Origin: an uncultured virus (IMG/VR IMGVR_UViG_3300042691_029418)
Taxonomy: Duplodnaviria > Heunggongvirae > Uroviricota > Caudoviricetes
Direction: 5' to 3' (one strand)
DNA length: 20,000 nucleotides
Virus record (IMG/VR): IMGVR_UViG_3300042691_029418
In this document: positions 14,294 to 20,000 of the stretch, piece by piece
Layout of the letters: each line of letters opens with the position of its first letter
Position numbering within the stretch: position 1 is the first letter of the stretch
Program-made: the position numbers and the translations under genes
Notes under the pieces: generated by a model
Told to the model about the DNA's origin: nothing
The model's input: the letters and a program-made list of their open reading frames with translations, nothing else
The model's database searches: none

Positions 14294-14506
14294 TCAACTG
14301 TCATATATTCTGCATTCCAGTGCATCAGGATTGGCATCACAATAAAGTTCAAATGAGTTCGGATCATGATCATCATTAGGATGATTTGTCTTATATGTTT
14401 TAAGTGCTTCCAGTTCTTCTTCTGTATGTCTCCTTGACTGTGGAGAAATTGTTGGATCACTCAGAAGATCCTCATCCTTCTGAATGTGTTGGTCGATGTT
14501 TTCCAT
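14294..14506 (-). CDS. cp12: CP12 Calvin-cycle inhibitor (phage type, 70 aa)
   Basis: ELYCDANPDALECRIYD C-terminal motif; start MENIDQHI. Confidence 0.92.
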   Translation of the reverse strand: MENIDQHIQKDEDLLSDPTISPQSRRHTEEELEALKTYKTNHPNDDHDPNSFELYCDANPDALECRIYDS

Positions 14507-14526
14507 AGTTTTACATTGAGTTGATA

Positions 14527-14534
14527 TATTTATT
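14527..14534 (-). promoter_or_regulatory. Late promoter AATAAATA upstream of cp12
   Basis: 20 nt upstream of ATG 14506. Confidence 0.6.
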
Positions 14535-14711
14535 TTATCGTGGTGTGCAATCACCTTTTCCTTGAAGTGATCTAACCATGAGTTCAGTGAATTTTTCCAT
14601 TTTTTTGGCAGAAACTGATTGTGGACGATATGTTATAGCATCTTTGAGTGCCACAAGTTCATCCCATTCTTCTTGCGTGAGAGTTTTGGTTCCAGTTTTT
14701 TCCAGAGTCAT
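14535..14711 (-). CDS. Hypothetical protein (MTLEK...)
   Basis: ORF 14535..14753 trimmed. Confidence 0.7.
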   Translation of the reverse strand: MTLEKTGTKTLTQEEWDELVALKDAITYRPQSVSAKKMEKFTELMVRSLQGKGDCTPR

Positions 14712-14789
14712 AAATTTTCTGCGGTGTATCCCAATATTAGCATTCCAATACATTACTATCTAGAAACTTAATGTTTTCTTTGGGATCAC

Positions 14790-15152
14790 TTAATTTTTCT
14801 TTACAAAATCTTCAAGAGCATCCAAATCATCTTTCAATTCCTTTTCCCGTTTTTTATTATGGTAGTAATCCCATAATGCGTTGTGTGTATCCATCAGGTG
14901 ATCCACCCAGAAACCAGCAGGATAGATTCCGAGTGCATCTTGAAGTCCACGATGGGATGTTCCTTCACTTTCTGCTTTACACATAATGTAGCAAATTGCC
15001 TGAACCATATCAAGTTTATCTTCTTCAGAAAGCATAAAATACTTTCCTACTGCACGTTGCTTTGCTTCTTCATTTTCTTTTTGCATTTCTTTGAAAGCAT
15101 CAGAATCCCACAATTCTTTTAGTGCTTTACCAAGTTCGTTGGGTTCAGTCAT
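14790..15152 (-). CDS. Hypothetical protein (MTEPNELG...)
   Basis: ORF 14790..15245 trimmed to avoid overlap. Confidence 0.75.
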   Translation of the reverse strand: MTEPNELGKALKELWDSDAFKEMQKENEEAKQRAVGKYFMLSEEDKLDMVQAICYIMCKAESEGTSHRGLQDALGIYPAGFWVDHLMDTHNALWDYYHNKKREKELKDDLDALEDFVKKN

Positions 15153-15375
15153 CTTTCCCAAAGATAGTTCCAAAGAAACCAGAGTCACCTGGTTTGCGAC
15201 TTTCAAGTTTATCAAGGAGAGCATCTGTGCTAATAAGAGTATCAATTTGCATAATCATATCGGCAATGTGCTTGGCAATAAATGGTTTTTCTTGACGAGC
15301 AGCATATGCAAGTGCATTTCGCAATGATGCTTCTGCTTCTTTCAAACTTGTTTCAACAGATTCACTTAGTGCCAT
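15145..15375 (-). CDS. Hypothetical helical protein
   Basis: ORF track; GAGG RBS. Confidence 0.8.
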   Translation of the reverse strand: MALSESVETSLKEAEASLRNALAYAARQEKPFIAKHIADMIMQIDTLISTDALLDKLESRKPGDSGFFGTIFGKDD

Positions 15376-15532
15376 TTAGTCTATCCTCACATTTAGTATA
15401 AAAGGTTCCGTTTACATAACAAGACTTACCTGGTTCATAATATTTTACTACAGGTATTTGTGTTCTTGGATATTCTACCACATTTTTTACGTGACAGAAT
15501 AGATTATATCCACAGATAAGAGTTTCAATCAT
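15362..15532 (-). CDS. Small Cys-containing protein (MIETLICG...)
   Basis: ORF 15362..15568 trimmed. Confidence 0.6.
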   Translation of the reverse strand: MIETLICGYNLFCHVKNVVEYPRTQIPVVKYYEPGKSCYVNGTFYTKCEDRLNGTK

Positions 15533-16169
15533 CAGCAACTTTTCGCAAAGTGTAAGATCCATTACCATTATCTACCCATTCAACTTGATCACTCTCTTTC
15601 AGATTTGCTGCTTCTAAAAGGTCATCTGGGAATAGAACATAATATTCACCACTTGGATGCATTTCAACAGGAAGTTGCCACTTTGTAACTTTATCTTCCT
15701 TTTGAGGTGGAATCCAAAATCTGTCAGCAGTCATTTCATAACCAGCAGTAATTGATTCATCATATGTGAGATTCTTTTTTTCTACTTCATCGCACATTGC
15801 ATTCAGTTCTTCTTCAGTATACTGAACACTGCTTACGGTTGATCCGTCATGATCACTCCAGAAACTATTCCAAGCACCCCGACACTCTGGTGAAGGATCA
15901 TCATTATCGCAAGAAAAGGTTGATACATCACCATCACGCAAATCACCTACAGTTGCCTGCCAGGCAAGTTTGAACTTATCATCAAACTCTTGTAGATAAT
16001 ACTCAAGAAATTCATAGGCAGCAGACATCATTGCTTCTGCCTTATCATGCTGATGCTCTTGAATCCTATCTACTGCAGCATCAATAATCTCACGAGCAGA
16101 ACAAATCTTGGATGTGACCATTTCAAGGTCATTCATCGTTCGCCAAACTTTCTGATAATTAACTGCCAT
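15525..16169 (-). CDS. Protein with C-terminal AbrB/MazE-like DNA-binding domain
   Basis: YYVLFPDDLLEAANLKESDQVEW..NGSYTLRK; start MAVNY. Confidence 0.7.
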   Translation of the reverse strand: MAVNYQKVWRTMNDLEMVTSKICSAREIIDAAVDRIQEHQHDKAEAMMSAAYEFLEYYLQEFDDKFKLAWQATVGDLRDGDVSTFSCDNDDPSPECRGAWNSFWSDHDGSTVSSVQYTEEELNAMCDEVEKKNLTYDESITAGYEMTADRFWIPPQKEDKVTKWQLPVEMHPSGEYYVLFPDDLLEAANLKESDQVEWVDNGNGSYTLRKVADD

Positions 16170-16323
16170 GACGTTTGAGTTCCTCCTCAATTGCTTGCTG
16201 TACTATAATGGAAATCTCTTTGGATGTCAATCCATTCAGCCACTTCCAGTTTGGATCTTCTTTATCCCAATCCATGGTAAATGAACCGTCTTCGTTCTGT
16301 GTTATTTTAAGTGAGTCTTTCAT
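16159..16323 (-). CDS. Small protein MKDSLKITQNEDGSF... (54 aa)
   Basis: Manual translation. Confidence 0.7.
   Translation of the reverse strand: MKDSLKITQNEDGSFTMDWDKEDPNWKWLNGLTSKEISIIVQQAIEEELKRHGS
16202..16230 (-). promoter_or_regulatory. Sigma70-type (middle) promoter
   Basis: TTGACA-17-TATAGT. Confidence 0.7.
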
Positions 16324-16523
16324 CACATATCAATATGAATATCTTGTTCCCAATCTTTTTTCTCTACTTTGCGAAGAGATTTAAGTTCTTTGTACAGAGT
16401 TTTGATTTGTTGATATGCTTCTTCTGGAGAAATTTTATCTGTAATTTCTAATCCAGCAATTAGACCAACTTTATCTCCAAAACGAGCAAGTGCTCTTTCG
16501 TATTCTGATAGATGTTCGTACAT
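16323..16523 (-). CDS. Small protein resembling a cyanobacterial hypothetical family
   Basis: KISPEEAYQQIK motif. Confidence 0.75.
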   Translation of the reverse strand: MYEHLSEYERALARFGDKVGLIAGLEITDKISPEEAYQQIKTLYKELKSLRKVEKKDWEQDIHIDM

Positions 16524-16726
16524 TATTTTTCAAGTGAAAATCTTTCAAGATTATAAGGTTCTGAAGCAAGAATGTCAATACGTGCTTCAAGGGAATTCTC
16601 CATACGATAAAGTTCATTTGTGGTTGCAATATTTTCATATTGCAATTCTTTTATCTGATCTTCAAGAGATTGAACTTTTTCTTGCAATTCTTCAATCAAT
16701 TCAAGTAGATTTTTATTTGATTCCAT
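16523..16726 (-). CDS. Coiled-coil protein
   Basis: ORF track; heptad pattern. Confidence 0.75.
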   Translation of the reverse strand: MESNKNLLELIEELQEKVQSLEDQIKELQYENIATTNELYRMENSLEARIDILASEPYNLERFSLEK

Positions 16727-16850
16727 AAGTCTTAAAGTATCTTTGATATGCCATGAACCTTTGGAGAGAAGGTGTTACTCCAAGACTTTCACAGCACCTA
16801 CAATATGAAATAAATTCGTACCAAGGTGCTGTTGGGTCAGTATCACTCAC
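16713..16850 (-). CDS. Small protein (GTG start) SDTDPTAPWYEFISYCRCCE... (45 aa)
   Basis: Manual translation; GTGA overlap. Confidence 0.6.
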   Translation of the reverse strand: MSDTDPTAPWYEFISYCRCCESLGVTPSLQRFMAYQRYFKTYGIK

Positions 16851-17056
16851 AATTTGCCTCCGACCTCTCCTGAGTGAATGCTTTGGGGTTCAGGGAAACC
16901 CTCCTGCCTCCACTTAAGCAAAGCACGGGTCGCTGATATACATTGCTCTTCAGTGAGAGACGTGACCAGTCCATTTTCTTCAAGATCGGTTGAGTCCCAG
17001 AGTCCATACTTTTTTCGTTGAATGTAAAAACAATCATCAATTAGTTTCTTTTCCAT
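16847..17056 (-). CDS. Hypothetical protein
   Basis: ORF track. Confidence 0.75.
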   Translation of the reverse strand: MEKKLIDDCFYIQRKKYGLWDSTDLEENGLVTSLTEEQCISATRALLKWRQEGFPEPQSIHSGEVGGKL

Positions 17057-17201
17057 TCTTTAAATCGGGATGAGGTGCATAAAGAGGACCAGAATAGTTG
17101 CCAGCAAATTTATGATACTCTCTAAGTGCGGCAATTACTTCTGGAGTTTCTTGCCAGTTCCATTCATTACCATTCTTATCAGTGAAAGTTCTTAGGGTCA
17201 T
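17037..17201 (-). CDS. Small protein MTLRTFTDKNGNEW... (54 aa)
   Basis: Manual translation; GAGGAG RBS. Confidence 0.7.
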   Translation of the reverse strand: MTLRTFTDKNGNEWNWQETPEVIAALREYHKFAGNYSGPLYAPHPDLKNGKETN

Positions 17202-17203
17202 TT

Positions 17204-17377
17204 CTACTCCTCAAATTTATAACTTAGTTTAATGTCCTTTTTCTTTAGTTTGTAACGATCAATATGTTTTTGACGATGAGATTCACTTTCAAAGTAGCAT
17301 TTGCGAATTTCATTTCCATCCTTATAAACAAGTTTCCAAGGGAACTGCTCAAAGGGAAATTCTTCAGTGTGGTTCAT
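17204..17377 (-). CDS. Small protein MNHTEEFPFEQFPW... (57 aa)
   Basis: Manual translation. Confidence 0.7.
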   Translation of the reverse strand: MNHTEEFPFEQFPWKLVYKDGNEIRKCYFESESHRQKHIDRYKLKKKDIKLSYKFEE

Positions 17378-17538
17378 TATGAAGGTTGTTCAACACTTTG
17401 AGTATACACGGTATCAAAGAGTCCGTCAAGTATCTCACTGCACTGGTGATACTCGTCACTATTCAGAATAGTCTTCTCAATCTGATATCGACGAACAGAG
17501 TTGTAAATGAGTTTGTATTGTTCGGGTGTGAAGTTCAT
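17377..17538 (-). CDS. Small protein MNFTPEQYKLIY... (53 aa)
   Basis: Manual translation; GGAGG RBS. Confidence 0.7.
   Translation of the reverse strand: MNFTPEQYKLIYNSVRRYQIEKTILNSDEYHQCSEILDGLFDTVYTQSVEQPS
17401..17429 (-). promoter_or_regulatory. Sigma70-type (middle) promoter
   Basis: TTGACG-17-TATACT. Confidence 0.7.
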
Positions 17539-17723
17539 TCTGTTCCTCCATAAAGTAGTTGTCCATCTTTATATCCTACTTGATATGCTGCCTGCAACCA
17601 CTTGACGATTACTCCATAATCATTTGTTTTTGCTGCAAAATCAAAATCATCATAAAATCGATCAGAGCGAAAGGCAAAACCTTCCATTTCTTCAAACCAA
17701 TCTTCAAACTTTCTATCAGTCAT
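17535..17723 (-). CDS. Hypothetical protein
   Basis: ORF track; GGAG RBS. Confidence 0.75.
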   Translation of the reverse strand: MTDRKFEDWFEEMEGFAFRSDRFYDDFDFAAKTNDYGVIVKWLQAAYQVGYKDGQLLYGGTE

Positions 17724-17886
17724 AAAGATTTTGCTCCTGCTGAATACAATCTAGGTAATGATAAATTGTCTGTTGCGAGTACTGAAACTCATCAAATCGT
17801 TGTGGATTACCTTCTTTCATTTTGGTCAACATATTGATCCAGTCATATCGAGTGTTGATAATCCACCCATAGTGCTGGTCATTCAC
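17716..17886 (-). CDS. Small protein (GTG start) NDQHYGWIINTRYDW... (56 aa)
   Basis: Manual translation; GTGA overlap. Confidence 0.6.
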   Translation of the reverse strand: MNDQHYGWIINTRYDWINMLTKMKEGNPQRFDEFQYSQQTIYHYLDCIQQEQNLYD

Positions 17887-18068
17887 GGCGTTTCATCACT
17901 CCAATAATACCTCAGTTTATCACCATCAGCAGAAATATTCAAGTGATAGATTTTATCGTCTTCGGTATATACACCAATCCAAAGTGTCCTTTCATTCATA
18001 CTTTCAAGATGAAACATTTGAATGTCTTGAAGGACGATCTCATCAGGATTTTCGGTAAATCGACTCAC
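17883..18068 (-). CDS. Hypothetical protein
   Basis: ORF track. Confidence 0.75.
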   Translation of the reverse strand: MSRFTENPDEIVLQDIQMFHLESMNERTLWIGVYTEDDKIYHLNISADGDKLRYYWSDETP

Positions 18069-18361
18069 TTCAAAACCTCATTCACATCAACACCATCATA
18101 ATCATCAATACCAAGTTTGAACCTTACAAAATCAGTAAAATCTGTTTCATCCCTTTCATAGACATAATAACCACCATTATTATCACTTTCTGTGTAATTG
18201 GTGAAGTAATCATCAAATACCAACATTATAGCAAGGGCACGGGATTGGTCGTGTTCTGTGATGGTCTTATGAGGATGTGCTACGATTTTGGTAATACAAG
18301 AAAATAGTTCCTCTCTTGTATATGAGAATGCTTTTGCTTCTGGGTTAAGGTTGTAAGTCAT
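18065..18361 (-). CDS. Hypothetical protein
   Basis: ORF track; ATGA overlap. Confidence 0.75.
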   Translation of the reverse strand: MTYNLNPEAKAFSYTREELFSCITKIVAHPHKTITEHDQSRALAIMLVFDDYFTNYTESDNNGGYYVYERDETDFTDFVRFKLGIDDYDGVDVNEVLK

Positions 18362-18573
18362 TGTCCTAATCTCAATTTGCGTTCAGGTGAAGGAATGTGC
18401 CCGTAGAAAATATCATCGTAAGGATAGATGTAGGTATCATACCATCCAGAAGATAGTGCTTCCCAGAAGTCATCGGGAAAGTGCTCAATAGTATCATAAC
18501 TCTCTAAAGCATACCAGAAATCGTGAAATCCGTCAAGAAAGAGTTCCCACTTTGTTGGTTCTTGAAATCTCAT
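18358..18573 (-). CDS. Acidic, aromatic-rich hypothetical protein
   Basis: ORF track. Confidence 0.7.
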   Translation of the reverse strand: MRFQEPTKWELFLDGFHDFWYALESYDTIEHFPDDFWEALSSGWYDTYIYPYDDIFYGHIPSPERKLRLGQ

Positions 18574-18737
18574 TTTACATCCTCAAAGAAAATTGTGTGA
18601 TACTCACCTTCTACTTCTTCAAAGGTGAAGTTTTCATGCCAAGCATAAGGCAACATCTCTTTTACTGTTAGAATTTGATTTGTCTCAAATTTGTCTTTAT
18701 ATGGACCGAAACCAGTGTATCTAACTTTGTATGTCAT
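18570..18737 (-). CDS. Small protein MTYKVRYTGFGPY... (55 aa)
   Basis: Manual translation; ATGA overlaps. Confidence 0.7.
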   Translation of the reverse strand: MTYKVRYTGFGPYKDKFETNQILTVKEMLPYAWHENFTFEEVEGEYHTIFFEDVK

Positions 18738-19093
18738 TTCAATCTTTCTAAGACATTACGAATATGGGATACTGAAAGATAAAACTCACGAGTGTTCTGT
18801 CCCCCCAATACGATTGCGTTGAGTTCTTCAAGTGCTTCGTTGATAAGTTCTTGTCGTTCAATCTCAGCTAGTTGTTTGAGGGCATCACCGTTTTCCGCAT
18901 ACAGTTTATCTAATGCTTTATTTGCTGCTTCACGTCGTTCTGCTTCTTCAAACATCGCATCAGGGTATGGTTCTTGGTTGTTCATGAGTTGTCGGATCTT
19001 TTCTTTACCGTATTCCGTGAGTTGTTGTTTCTTACTGCGGAGTTCTTGGACTTCTTCTGGTGTGAGGTCTACCCAGGGCATATCATCATTCAT
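18734..19093 (-). CDS. Helical hypothetical protein (MNDDMPW...)
   Basis: ORF 18734..19129 trimmed. Confidence 0.7.
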   Translation of the reverse strand: MNDDMPWVDLTPEEVQELRSKKQQLTEYGKEKIRQLMNNQEPYPDAMFEEAERREAANKALDKLYAENGDALKQLAEIERQELINEALEELNAIVLGGQNTREFYLSVSHIRNVLERLK

Positions 19094-19284
19094 ACATCCC
19101 ACTCCCTTGCTTCCCAATCCATCAGGCACATTTCACCTTGCTCCTTGTCTGTGTAGTTTTCATAAGCATATTGACGACACTCTTCTTCTGTGCCCTCAAA
19201 CAGCATTTCATACATCTTGTGGTCTCCATCATAGGTAATCTTATAAAGACCCCATTCATCATAGCAATCAGGAAAGAACGGCAT
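19090..19284 (-). CDS. Small acidic protein
   Basis: ORF track. Confidence 0.7.
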   Translation of the reverse strand: MPFFPDCYDEWGLYKITYDGDHKMYEMLFEGTEEECRQYAYENYTDKEQGEMCLMDWEAREWDV

Positions 19285-19871
19285 TATCGTAGTTTCCCCC
19301 TAATCATTCGGATACACTCATTCCATTTATAACTGTTAGTTTCGTGTTCTGTCGGCAACCATTCTTCAATATCATTCACAAGGTCCTGAATAGAATTTTC
19401 CATATTAAGAGTATCTTCAAGGTATTCCCACCATTCAGCAATCACATCATAAAGAGTTGGTGATTTAGTAGATGAAACCACACCTTGCTTGACTGCTTCA
19501 CGGAATGCTTCTTTCAATCCATCGGCAACTTGCTCTGGTGTTTGAGGTGTTGGTTCCCATTCACTCACTTTTTCTTCATAAGCAGCATTATAACCTGCTT
19601 GGAAACCTTGCCACCTTGTAGCATCACTTGTCCAGTTTTCATCTCCAGGATACTCACCCCACCAATCTTTATATGCTTCTTCTACTGGTGATTTTGTTTT
19701 TTCCAGTTCTTCAAGGAATGAGAGTTTCTTTTCCAATACTTTGATTTGTGCTTTTACTTCTTCAATTTCTTCTTCAATTTCAGTCATAGGAGTTTCGTAT
19801 TTTACTGGTTCAGATAGTGGTCCATAAACTTGTTCCATTAGTTTTTGGAAATCTTTCTCAATACCAAACAT
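19284..19871 (-). CDS. Acidic coiled-coil hypothetical protein (195 aa)
   Basis: ORF track; TAATG overlaps. Confidence 0.75.
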   Translation of the reverse strand: MFGIEKDFQKLMEQVYGPLSEPVKYETPMTEIEEEIEEVKAQIKVLEKKLSFLEELEKTKSPVEEAYKDWWGEYPGDENWTSDATRWQGFQAGYNAAYEEKVSEWEPTPQTPEQVADGLKEAFREAVKQGVVSSTKSPTLYDVIAEWWEYLEDTLNMENSIQDLVNDIEEWLPTEHETNSYKWNECIRMIRGKLR

Positions 19872-20000
19872 TACAGGTTCTCCAATTCATCAACAATTTC
19901 AAGAATGTTCTTTTCAGTAATACCAATATATTTGAGTTCTTTAATCAACTCACGAAGAGTAGCAGCAATAGCAACTTGTCGTAATTTTGCTTTATGATAA
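19871..20000 (-). CDS. Partial CDS, C-terminus ...ATLRELIKELKYIGITEKNILEIVDELENL
   Basis: Manual translation; open to window edge. Confidence 0.65.
   Translation of the reverse strand, partial: YHKAKLRQVAIAATLRELIKELKYIGITEKNILEIVDELENL

Noticed and set aside
527..19691. All plus-strand ORFs in the track (e.g. 1698..2225, 7825..8283, 13194..13850)
   Set aside because: They shadow well-formed minus-strand genes and lack recognisable motifs or promoters
1..20000. tRNA, intron, DGR or alternative genetic code
   Set aside because: No cloverleaf, interrupted gene or reverse transcriptase seen; genes tile densely under the standard code with all three stops used

Overview
Segment of a T4-like cyanophage (cyanomyovirus) genome. 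This is inferred from a phage-type cp12, three 2OG-Fe(II) oxygenases, T4-type late promoters (NATAAATA) and about 60 tightly packed, mostly small genes, all on the minus strand. 1-4490 and 10440-14300 are early-type regions built from repeated promoter modules (palindrome TGCCA-N10-TG[G/T]CA, 31-34 nt, often a hairpin, then a -10 box; 12 copies), and the upstream gene's stop codon often lies inside the palindrome. 4492-5336 is a highly structured, mostly non-coding locus. It has ~55-bp imperfect inverted repeats at both ends, a cluster of ATCTCG-N-CGAGAT palindromes between divergent sigma70-type promoters, and a perfect plus-strand promoter firing into an 11-bp tandem array and an AT-rich tract (candidate origin, invertible element or ncRNA locus). 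5337-8884 is an island with a gp38-like Gly-rich adhesin, three 2OG-Fe(II) oxygenases and two paralogous Cys-rich proteins. 2609-3072 is an apparent insertion: a nuclease-less homing-endonuclease-type ORF behind a nested hairpin/terminator/late-promoter leader. All product calls come from motif recognition by eye; no database searches were run.
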